Below the pieces are notes generated by a model that was not told the DNA's origin, searched no databases, and was given only the letters and a program-made list of their open reading frames with translations. From positions 3,534,001-3,598,000 of the forward strand of contig CATNEN010000029.1 in NCBI GenBank assembly GCA_950097015.1: a stretch of DNA of 64,000 nt, written 5' to 3'. Position 1 is the first letter of the stretch. Each line of letters begins with the position of its first letter. The position numbers and the translations under genes are program-made. The stretch comes from Macrostomum hystrix (taxonomy: Eukaryota > Animalia > Platyhelminthes). Shown here in pieces: positions 12,841 to 25,400 of this stretch.

Positions 12841-13958
12841 TCTGAAAGTCTAGTCTAGAAGTCCAAGGAATTGCCTCTGGTGGCGCATCCGTTGTAGATG
12901 CAAAGTTTAGAGGAAGTGAATCAGAGCGCAATTGCTAAAATGTTTGAGCGCTAAGTTAGTGCAAAAAAGTGACAAAACGGGTAAATAAGAGCAAATTATA
13001 ACAGGTTGGGTTAAAACGCATTTGTTGTTATATTTTTGATCATCATTACGTTAAATTTTGCAGGATGTTTACAAAAAAGCTTTTTGTTGAAATATGGTCT
13101 TGAAAAGTGGAATATAAAATTTTTCTAATTTTCAAATCAAATCGTAAATTTTTACGAGTACTTTAAAAACACGTCTCAAGGACTACTAAAGTACTACAAA
13201 CTGCTAGTGGTCCTTGAAATGTCTATAAGCGACAAATATTTTGAGGCAAATACAGTTGTGCAGTATAAGCAGGAGAGTTCGTATTTTAGGATCAGTTTCT
13301 TCGGAGAAAGGGCATAAAAAGAAGCGCTCGAAAAGTAAGTATCGCATCATATAACAGAGAAAAATATAATTAAGTAGTGCTGACTCGGTGAATTATTTGC
13401 ATACAAATTGAGGCCCTTACTAGCACAACTAAAAAGGGCCGTGATTACCTCACGTGTGAACTTGGGAAAAAGCATTGCCCAAAGAACCCATTTACCTGCA
13501 CTCTTCAGTGAATGAAAGTAAACCATAAAACCATAAAATTCAAACCCCTTAATTAAAATTAGGATATTTTACTAACGTGAACGAATGATCTAAAACCGGT
13601 AAAAACTTGAGGTTGTTTAGCTAAACTTATATGCATCCAGTTCCTAACGCTGTCTTTGCAATGCAGCGACTTCAAAGATTCGTGTTTACTTGAGTATTTA
13701 CTTGACATGATCAATGAGTTACGTCCATCCCAAAGCTACATGCATACGGCTCTGTTACTCTAAAAGTCGAAGTCTTTATCATTTTCCAGCCTTAAATATA
13801 GGCCTTTATATACTACCTACGATAGTAGTAAAAAACGACAGAGTATGAACAGGGAATCAAAACCGTATATGTTTCTGACTGTCTGTCTGTTCTGTCTGTT
13901 GTCTGATCAGTTAAATTTTCGGACGAAATAATCACAAGCTTCTTTTTTTAGATTTCCT

Positions 13959-16498
13959 TTAAACCACGGAACGCTCGATACTAGCGGTGCTAGCAATCAG
14001 GCTGCGTCTGACAAAATGGCACAGTGCAACTTCCAGCGGATCCACACGCTCATAGCTCAGCCGGTCGCTTGTGTCCAGTAGCCTGATCTCAACGTCATCA
14101 AATTTGTTAAGCAAGTCTGAAAGCCAATTATTTAGTTTTAGATTGAACTGACAACGAGAAAAGTTTAAATAAACAAAAGATTACCGACATTAGCGCATCC
14201 ATCCATAGACTGTAAGCTATAATTCCGTAATCATGAAGTTTAAACCAAAAACTAATTTTGGCATAAAAATCGAAGCAAAATTTATAGTTTGGTCCAAGGA
14301 AAACTTAATAACTCAATAATATTTTGTAATCATGATTCAATAAAGATTAAAGATTCAATAATGAATCCTTAACGAGTTATTAAGTTGTCCTTGGTTTGGT
14401 CATGACTGGCAAACAACCAGAAAGTACAAACATGTCAGACGAAAAGAAAAAAATTTGGTAGTTCGGTAAAAACTATACATGTAGCTACTAGGCTCGCACA
14501 AGTAGCAGACATCGTAAGCTACTCACCGTAAAATGAACTCGCTGTGTACTCCTCAGGAGGACGGCCGCGAAATATCATACTGACGCTGTCAATGAGGTAG
14601 TCAATGATTTTAAAGTCCTCCTCATCAGGAGCTGTCTCCATCTCGACTCTAACTTCTTTAAAACTATCATTTAGAATCGACACGAGCATATTAAGCACAA
14701 TGTACATAATAAACGTGATATAGGTCAGAAATATGATCCTGGCTAGTAGTCCGTTGCGAACTATGTAGCTGACATCAAACTTGCCCAGCATGGCCGACAG
14801 TTGAGTGATCATTGACAAGTGTACAGAACGAAACGGTTTTTCCAGTGTTCCGAGAATCAGATACAGACACAGCGTGAATGCCATAAACACGACCATGAAG
14901 ACCCAGAAAAACGAGCGCAGTTGGTTCAGTGATCGGGTCAGCGTGCCGAGCAGGTGGTTGAGATTTCGACTGAAGCGAACCATATTTAAAAATGAGACCT
15001 GTACCAGGAATGTGGCTGCACCGAGAAGGTAGAAGAAGGTCTCATTCAAGTACATGACGTATCGCAGGTTCGTGCTGAGTCCCGAAGCGTTCTGCATTGC
15101 CTCCAGTGACGTCACAGTCGCCAACGAGCGCAACACATAGAATCCAGCTGCTCCAACCAGACAAAAAAATGCAGCAACGGTGTAGATATTCCACGGGCTC
15201 TTTAGGTAGTCCCAGCCTTCTCTCTTCAGGTCCAAGAAAATCTTCACTAACATGCCAAGTGTGAGCAGACCAGTCAGGATCTCAGTGATCAGAGCAAACA
15301 GACCGAGAATGCCAACGTATCTGAAAAGTTGTGAAATTATATTCGATAATTTGTATTCAGGAAAGCTACTTTTGAAACAGCCAGTTCATTTGCAAGACAG
15401 AAAAAACATATTTTGATTAAAACACACCTGTACAACTTGGTGGTGTAGAGTTGAGCCACAGACTGAGCACCTCCATATGCAAAGAACTCGGTCGCAAGCG
15501 TCACTGAAGTAAACAGGTTGACGTCTGGATAAAACAAGTCCAGCTCTACAAACACTGTTCGCGTGTAGTTGTCAATCCAATTGGTTGAGTTCAGCTGCTG
15601 CACCAAAGTCATTGCTTCGGCAAACTTGTTTGACATCACAGCTGTGTAGCCTCCTCCGGCATACATGTGCAGAGCACCCCAAAACGGCAAGCTGTTTGTT
15701 CGCTTCGCACTCAGACCAAGGAAAGCCAAGTCAAGAGCACTGACACTGTCTGTGAAGTTGCAATCACGCTGCACCTTCCAGCCAGGGTAGAAGCACTGTC
15801 GATTGTCTGCCTCAAAACTATAGTCGGCAGACTTGGCAACAGCCAGGACATCCACCGGACGAATGCGCAACTGACGCAGAGTAGCGTGGCCCAGGCGAAA
15901 GCCAACCAAATCGGCTATAAACTTGCTTCGCGCAGAAGTCAGGTTCTGTCCGAGTGCCTCAACAGGGAACAGGCGAGGCAGCAGTGTGCTCTGCAAATAC
16001 ACGAAGTAGTCGGCTGCCGTTTTCACATTCTCCAATCCTGTGGCGGGCACTTTCGGATTGCTTGGCTTGTAAAGGTGATTCTTGATGTTTGCGTGCAGAT
16101 TGTAGGTGCATGGGTCCAGATTTCCATAGCAGATGCAGTACAACAAAGCCAGAAGAAGGAAGCTTCCGACAATCTCAATTGAAGTGCGCTTTGCCTTTGA
16201 TCTCAGCTTGTTGTTTTGGTCGTTCTCTTCGATCTCGTGAATGTAGCGAAATCCGTCTGAAGGGTTAATCGTTTAAAAATGTGATATTTCCGTTTTTACG
16301 CATATATGTTTAACAACGATGTCAAACAACGATGTTAAACATAAATCATAATCATGATCATGACGCTATCAGTGCCGAATAATAAATCTTACCAATCATC
16401 TGTTCAGGGTGTCTGTATCTCACTCGAATGAAGTCCATGTCTTTTGCGTCATAATCCTTTCTCATCAGTACAGATATGATCAGACCGATGGCCAGAAC
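13959..16498 (-). CDS. Polycystin TM5/6, TOP domain, TM7-11 cation-channel region and C-tail; exons 16393-16498, 15428-16256, 14527-15320, 13959-14116
   Basis: TOP motifs FYPGW, YAGGGY, WIDNYTRTVFVELDLFYPDVNLF; YLKSPWN; pore region QLSAMLGKFD; last TM YIVLNMLVSILNDSFKEV; final exon DLLNKFDDVEIRL...SVV, stop at 13961-13959. Confidence 0.92.
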
Positions 16499-19400
16499 CT
16501 GCAGTACCAATTTGAAATGTTGGGTGATAATAAATGGCTACCAGTGAATGTTCAGCCCTAAAGCAAGCCAGCAACAAAGTAAGAAATCGAGTGCCGCAAA
16601 CCCACCTTCAATGGTTGAATGAGCAGCATCGACTGGAAGAGAGACAGGAAGAATGCCGCGAGCCACTCCTCCGACTTGGTCTTGCCCCAGTCCATTGCGT
16701 AGAACACGATGAAGACACCAGCACCAACAATGCTGCCAATAACCAGCACCCAGCCAATGTACTGGAACCAGTGTGGTAGCTGGAACTTTTTAGCTCTCAT
16801 TCGCTTGTTCTCTGGCATTCGTAGCGGAGTGCTAACGCTGTCCTCACAAAGTCTATCCAACAATTCAATATCATTGTGAAAGGTCTGCTGCTCTGATTGA
16901 TCGTCAGCTTCTCCAGAATCGTCAGCCATGTCATGAGTATCACAGCCATTGATTACACGGTATCGCTGGTGTCTTTTTGCCGCCTCCTCACAGTGCGATG
17001 TTGCTGTTTCCTCCTTCTCTGACAGATCGACTGATGAAATATTCGGATCAGCGTACTCTGAACGCTTCCGGATCACATCTAAAAGCTCACTCGACTTGAC
17101 ACGCTTCGCCGACTTCAGGAAGAATATTGTGATGGCTGCCGTGACAGGTACGACACACAGAGCACCGAGGACAGATGTGAAGAGTGCGTTTAGTGAGAAG
17201 CTGATTGGACCGATGTGTATTTTCGCACTTGCATTCGGGCCACTCTCAGCCACTCCGTACCACATCGCGTTAGCTATCATTGTCATGAAGAGGATGCTGA
17301 AACAGACGCCCAACCGTTGCAGTCGGCTAAAGTTTGTGTCTGTCTTTCGTGACATTAGCGACATCCACAGATGATCGTCTGTCATCTTTCGTGACAGATT
17401 ATTGCGTACCAGACCATGCGAGTATGCGATGTCTTCTCTCGTAGCCAGCTTCAACACGACAGGTGTCGTCTCGGAGTCTTCGTCCACAAAGCCATTGTGA
17501 ATGAAGAAGTACCTGTAAGTGTTAAATGTCGAGAAAAAATTGCATTTCGGATTTTCAAGAAAATAAAACAAAAATGAATGTTTCTTTGTGTACGCCTGTA
17601 TATGATTACTTAGCATTGTAAAGCGTGTCAGTGACGATGATGCGGTTCAAGAACCAATCGCATTTCTCTGCATAACCTGAGCCGTCGTGCCAGATCATCA
17701 TATACTTGATGTCACCCAGGTGCCGATCGCAAGTCATGATGAAATGGTTGATGGCCCCATCAGTGAAGTTCTGAAAATCAATGAGAAAAAAAATGTTATG
17801 TATCATCATTATGTATGATAAAAGAAAAAAATGTGCACTCGAACCTGACGAATTCCGTCGTCGAGACGTCGACACGCTGCACGACTTTCTGTGCCCACCA
17901 GAGAAAAGTAGATGGCCGACTCAGTTCCGCTGTTTTTGCTAGCTCCTGTGTACACGTCCAGAAGGTAGCGGTTCGGTCTGGAGCAGTCGTCTGTCAGCGG
18001 CAAATACTCAAACTAAAACAGTGATGTGAAAGAATCGACACGAAAACATGTAAGGTCGTATAAGAATTCTCAATTTCTGGCAAAATTTTCAGACCCACTC
18101 ACCGTTTTCGAATCCTTCTTGTCAAGTCTGCGCAGGATGACGGCCAGAGGAATGAAGAGGCACCAGAGAGCAATTACTGTGCTGAGAACAACCGCTGCCT
18201 CTGCCAGCTTTCCTTGCCAGTTGTCAAACAATTTGCCAAAATCAATCAAATTCGGGGTCAGGTTGATACCCACTCCAAGACTGCCAAACAGGTTGCTGCG
18301 AAACACGGGTTTGGTTGGAGTTCCCTTCTCTAGAGGCAAGCAGTTTGCCTCTGGTAACGGCAGCCAGCGATTAAAAGCTTCTTCCCAACGCTGACATGAG
18401 TGACGCACCATGCTAAAGTTGTAGGCCAAGTACGAGTCTGAGCACATCACTGCTGCTGAGCTGTCTTTGTAGCAGCCACGCCGCCTCACACCGATATAGT
18501 GCACGCCGGATGTATTGAGAAATCCCCGAGGTAGATAAAACATGGTCTGGTACTGCCACAAGTCACTGCTACTCAGTGTGCTCGGATCGATGCCATGGGC
18601 CTCAGTCAAGTTGTTCGGTGGAATCGGAATCAGCATCGACATGCTAGAATTGTCAGGTGTCGGCAGGTAGTCAGACTGAACCATGACGTCAAACAGATGA
18701 CTCGGGTTAAGTGGAACCACAGTCACTTGAAGCAGCTCTGTCTCACTCACTACTCGGAAGCTGTGGTAAAACATGAGCCATTTGTCTTCCGGTGTGCGAT
18801 TAACCTGCAAGACCTCCGGCGGAGCAGTTGCTAAGCTCAGCTCGAACGGTTCGACTGTGTCCGCAAGCGTTGCCGCTCGACGTTTTCGTGAGTGACTGCT
18901 TGACGCAGCTGAGCAGTTTTCACGCTTGAGAATCATGACGCTGGATTTGACATTCTTTGCTGAAGACTGCCACACATACGGGTTGTTTGTGGCAAACACA
19001 GCTTTCACGTTGCAACCATCGTTGCCAGTTGCTGGTAATGAAATTTCACCAAAGCTCGACTTTAACGTCACATTCATGTCTCCACTGTCGCCCATTCGCC
19101 GTCCGACTGCGGCCATGGCGGTGTCACTGAATGAATACTCGCCGTTGGCCGTGTCTTGGATCACCATGCTGGTCACTTCGTCGATTTTGTTGAGAACGGT
19201 ATCAATTACTCTTTTCGCTCTCGAGTTAACCTCTGTGACTGCATTCGACAATGCAGCACCGCTCAGTGAAGTTGTGGTCGCATCGAAAGGCAATGCAGTT
19301 GTCGTTCCGACATCCTGCAGTGTGACCGTACAGTTCTCGAGCGTTTCATTGGACAATCCGCCGCACAGAGTCGCTAGTCGGCTGTTCTCCACCTTGATTG

Positions 19401-22400
19401 TTGCATCTGACGCTTGCCAGATGTTTGATCCGGTTTTTACAAAGTCTAAAATGCAGCAAAGGCCGATGCGAGAACTAACTTTAAGGACTGAGCAAAAAAG
19501 TCATAATACGAACTACTCGTAATTTCATTATTTTTTGCACAAGCAGAATTTCAAATGGCATCTTCAGCATAGTCGTAGACTTCACCTTCTCCCATGTAGT
19601 ACCGATTAATGGAACTCATGTTTGACTTCAAAGTTCGATAGTTTCCAGTTACGCTTGAAAACTTATCGACGACGACTTCCTGTTGTGAACGTAACACTTT
19701 ATCATGTATCATTACTATTTGACAATCTCATATTAAAACAATAATTTACTGAACAGCTTTGAAAATCTTACTTGAGAATTGAGAGTAACCTGATCAACTC
19801 GGAGTACAGAATTTCGCAGCAGCTCGTTTGTTTGCTCCAGTGAGTCGGTCGCATTCACGGTGAAGTTTGCGATCACGTTAATAAATTGCGTTCGTTGCTG
19901 CAATAATACGAGCGTATCACGATTTAATCAGATTTAATTTAACCGAAACTTAAGAAACCGAAAGCGTTTCCTGTAAAAAACGAGGAAATGTACTTACCTG
20001 TGTCATCTTTACTCGGAAGCTCTCTATTGACTCTGCAGTTGAGTTGGCACCCTCTGCCTCTTCGTTCTTGACGTTCATCAATGAGCCGACGCACAGCAGA
20101 GTTGTAGAAGCCCCTTGTTGATCCCCCTTTTCTAAATACTTGTTTAGCTCAGGACTGCTCCCACTCAGAATGTCCGATATGTTTTGAACGAGTACCTCAG
20201 GTGGAACTGGAGGGGGCTTAACCTGCAACGAATAGATTTCAGGAGAAACATTAACACAATCGAAGTGTTAAGGCATTCGCCAGCGAGTCACTTACGTAGA
20301 CATTGAAGACATAGTCCTTTCTGTCACCAAGAGGGTCATAGATGTAAGCAATGAGATCAGCAGCGAAATTATCCGTCGGTGAGCCGACTGGCAAGAATAT
20401 CTCTGGAGGCGTGGTCAAATCTCCATAGAAAAGAAGATTCGCTCGTCGGCTGCCCTTCTGCTGAATCCGATACTCATAGGTCAAGTGCCCGGTGCTAGTA
20501 TGAAACTCTCTCCAGCCTGAGCAATTGATTTGGAACTTTGTCTCCATGGCGATTCCCCTTAGAGGATTGACGCTGCAGTTTCCACCCAATGGAGGACTGT
20601 TAACAATGAACTCCAACTGATCGGTGACAGGACCTTCTTGACCCTCGTTGTAGGCTGTCACATTGATAAAGTAGAAGCTGCCGTTCACAAGAGTGAACTT
20701 GTTCCTTATCAAAGTGCTCTTCGTAAAAACGCCTAAAAATGTTTAGATTGGAATGGCGTTTAAACCAAATGTCATTGAAATTGTGTTTCAGGTTCAAAAG
20801 GCATTACCTCCTTTCGTGAATTCCGCGAGATTGTCATCTGCAGCAGTGCCCTGTCGACGCATTCTCCAACGGTATTGGAGTGGCTGAAACTTGTGCCCAC
20901 AATAAAGATTCGTGCAATCAACTTGATATTCAAGGTCATGCAGAGATGTGATCTTGGAATCACAATTCCGAACGCAACTGAAAAAGCAAAAACACTAAAA
21001 TTGCAAGACAAGCAAAAGCAGTCATTGCGTAATTTGAGATCAAATCACTTACACCATCTTGATCGTCGGCGCCTTTTGTGGTCTCACTCGGAGAGATTTC
21101 TCACAATACTGCCACCTCGTATCCTTGTACACAATCATTCTGAACAGGTACGTCCGATTGGGCAAGAAGTCGTAGCTGTTTCCATTGAAGCGACCCGCGA
21201 TAGCGCTGTCACCTTTGTGAATGATTCCTGCTCCGTTGCCATAACAACCGCGATAGTTCTCAACACCCTGCTCAACTGGAAGTGGTATAATCGCAGTCAG
21301 ATTAAACGGCTGTGATGAGTTCTCGGACAGCTGTAGGCACACCCAAGTGAACGTCATTCCTGTTTGATTTCCAGGCTCAACATCGTAATCTCGAACGCGG
21401 TTGCTAGCCATGAAAATAAACCTTTCGTTGTATTCCACTTCTGATGGTCCATCGATTCCAGTACACTCTAGTGGTGTTTTGACAATCTCGATATAAAAGT
21501 TCAGCTCTGTGGACACTGGTGGTTGCACTTGAGCCATGGACAAATTAAGCAGAACATTGTAGACTCCGTACCACAGAGTTCGCTCAGGCAGCGACATTGT
21601 GAATGAGTCTGCCAGATTTCTGAGGGCTGTGGCTCCACTTGTGTGATCTAATATTCTCCAATACCTCCATGTGTTTTGAGTCTTTGTGCAGTTCAGGTCA
21701 GCCATCGCTTCTACACTAAAGGCCACAGAGCGCCGAAGAACGAGTCTTTTTTCTGGATCTCGAGGCGTTAGAACTGTTCCATTGAATGTAAAATTCAGTC
21801 CTGGCTCAAAGCAAAGCCAATCCAAAACCACTGCAATGTTTTCCGCCGTGTCATTGCTGACATGATTGAAAGCAAACACACTTGCAGAGTAGCTCCCATA
21901 CCATGGGTACAAGTGAGTAAATACAATTTTTGTGTCCAGATACGAAATCTCTGTAAAATTCATGCTGTGGCTTCTGGCATAGGGCTCACAGAGTTTCGGA
22001 ATGCCAAAGCAACGACCAGCTGATCGATCCCCAAACGTCACAACGAAGCAACCATTGGTGCCGAATCTGGTAATGTTCAGCACGAATGTGGTTGCATTGT
22101 AGTTCAGAACACTGCCATTGTTGTAGAACGCACCGATAATCACAGCATCAAGGATGATCGCGACTGGTGTAGTTGTGAAGCGCCAGTCAAGGAGATTTGA
22201 ACAGTTCACAGTGAAATTGCGCAAGCCAATGGCTGCTCGAGGAAACGAAACTTCACTGTAGTCACTCTTGTTCCCATCCAGGTAGTCAATATATCGATAG
22301 AGACTTCCGAAGCCAGTAAAGTCAAACGAGCAGTGCATGTTAGTAACAAGGTAGCAGGGATGTGTGAGCCAGAAGCCTACAGTGGCAGGCGTGTACAGTA

Positions 22401-25400
22401 CGCTTCTGTTGTATACTATCGTTGGACATGTCACTGGGTCGAGGATGATGATGGGACCAATCGAGGCGCTCAGAGAGCTAAGCGTGTTCCACACAGTCAG
22501 ATTCACTGTGTAGTTTCCAACTTTTGTAAAGTTGTGCTTCACGGCGAGGTCTTTGTCCACTGCAAACAGCGACGGGTGCGTGTAGTTTTCCACTGGCGAG
22601 TCGTCTCCGAAATTGAAGCTGAAAAGCACGTTTGATCCATTGAGCAACTTTGATGTGATATCCACTGTTGTCATTCTATGCTGAAGTAGTGTTGAATGCA
22701 GACTTAGTCCGATAATGCGCTCCTCGCAAGATAGGTTAGACACGACAGATGCTCGCGAAACCAGATTCCAGCATGACACCAGGACGCTCACCGGTGTGCC
22801 AATCATTGAGCGCTGGCACAAAAGTTGCTGTGGCTGACTGGTAGAGTTTACCCAGCTTAGCTCAAAATGAGAACTGGCAAACGAAACCAGACACGAAACG
22901 TTGGTTGGGAATGGAGTCAATGGGTGGGTGACATCGATGCCAAATCGTCCATCGGGAACCTGAACACTCGAAGGAGCTGTCAGCACTAACCTCTGCAGAA
23001 TGTGTTGCACGGTTACATTTCTCACATAGACGGTTCTCCTGGTGTGGAAATTAAATGCCGTCACCTGGACATCGTACACTCCATGGTTTGGATAGTTCCA
23101 TATGTAAGCATCTGATGTGTCAGCCGATAGTCTGGAGTTGTCAGCTACTGTAACGTTCCGTCCATCACCCACAAGGATTATATAGGAAACATGTGTGCCC
23201 GTCGCCAAGCTGATATTGGCCATCGAGTCTTCTGTTGAGCGATAGAGTGTGTTGTTCAAGAACACTGTCAGACCTGTTATATTTTCTTGCTTCATTACAT
23301 AGAATGTTCGGTTAAAGTTGTAGAACTGGTTCCAGCAAGTCACATTGGTCCACACGAACGGCTCGTCGACGACATAAGCCAAAGTCACAACCTGAGGTAC
23401 ATAGCGAGGCACTGTGAGCTGCACATACGTGATGCGATCTGTTTCTGTCTCCATGCTGCAGTTGATGATGAGATGTGAGTATCTTGAGCCATTTGTCATC
23501 CGAAATGTGAAGCTCACGTTGATCGGAACGGCATATGGATAGTATTGATAGCTGATATCTAGGAAGTCGACCAGCTCGGGCACAACATTGATTGCATTCG
23601 AAATAATGACTTCGTTGACTTCGTTCCACATGCGACAAGTGACATTGAAGCGACCGACATCGCTCCTGTAGTCATAGTACGTATCGAATCCCATGGAATA
23701 GAAGCTTGCAATGTGATTCCGTTGTGCCCAGTTCCAACCATAGCTTGCTCCAGTGGCGTAGCTAATGTTCACGTCGATTGTTGATGCTACGTCCCAGTGC
23801 GCCGAGGCCATGAAAGTCTCGCCTAAGCGGACTGTGCTTTCTGACAAGACGCATGTGGAATTTGTGACTGGGACACCGGGGCATATCAGGGCTCCAGACA
23901 ATTGTCGGCATAAAACATTGTTGGACGCGTCCTCCTCAATGAATGAAGCTGCGACAGTGCGATTAAAAATGACGCAGTACTTGGTCATGTTCTCACAGTT
24001 TGTTAGTGAGACATTAAACATTGCCTGACAAGTGAAATTCACTGTGCTGTTGGGATCAAGTCTCTGCTGCTGTTGATCGACACTGCAGCTCTGCCATATC
24101 GCACTAGCGTGAAGTCTCATGTTGTCAGAGGCAAGGAAGATTGTGGGCATGAAGTTTCGTCGGTTGCCAGTCACTTCAGTCACGTGAAGTCCATTCACAT
24201 GACTCAGGGTAGAATTCCAGTAAATCAATGTGTTGTAGCGAGACAACCAAGAGCTGTTCTGTGCTGACAGATAGACTGAGCTCACGGCCGTATCAATAAA
24301 AGGTGTGCAGTTCATGCTGATGGGTTGACAAAGAATGTTATTGCTCGGCACAGTTTCTGTGAAGCTGGAGTTTTCACCGTTTGTACTCGATACACAAATG
24401 TGTTTTGTCAGCTCACACAGAGTCAAGTTAAAGTCGAAACCCCCAGACAAACGGAAGCTCAGAGACTGTCCGATGGAGAGTCCGCGCTGCACTTCGGTCA
24501 GATTCGATGTGAGATTCAAAGTAACAATCACATTCGAGTCGAGACACGAAGCATTGTTGGAACAGTTGGATGACATCAGATAGGCAGTGAATACAAAGTT
24601 CTCATCTAGGTCTTGGACTGCACGAATGTCATATGCACCCGAGTTCGCTTGAACAGTCACCAAAAGACCAAAGTCATTATGAATGGATCTGGTAAAGACT
24701 TTCGGGTTTGAGGAAGTGATGCCAAAAGCAGTCACTCGAGTGTCTGTGTTAGGCTGACAATTGCGTATTGATGTGATGGACGAGCAGCCACCATTGTTTG
24801 TATAGTTGAGATCGCGATAGTACGAGTCGTCAGAGTTGACGACGGCAACGCACAAATATGAGCACGCTTTGCATCTGCTTCCAGTTGGAAGCTGAACTGT
24901 TCCAGATATCATGAATGTAAGATTTAGTCCGATGGCACCGTAGGCTGCTTGGTCACCGTCTAGGACCTGCATGTAGCCAGCTCTAAAGTAGGCAGCTAAT
25001 GGATCTGGATACAGCGATGTCAGCTCGGACCACATGAACACGCTAAAATTGTAATTGATATTCGGAGGAGACACTGACGTGATGTTCGCAGTTCCATTTC
25101 GTACTTTTAGAGTTAGACTTTGGTTAAAGTTTTTCCTGAACGAGCGCACAAATGAGCCACTGAGACCGGATACAATGAATGACGAGGCGGCTTCCAAGTC
25201 CACAACTAAAATATTTCAAATGACTTTTGTCATGAATTGCTTTTCTGGTTTAGAAGAATTCCAGTTCACTCCTTACCTGGTTTGCACATTCCCCGATTTA
25301 GATACCAGCCGACTGTGCAGTTGCATCGTGTTCGGTACATTGTGTCTGGGGCGAGACACACAGATCTGTTGACAATAACACAGTTGAGATCGCTGGTGCA

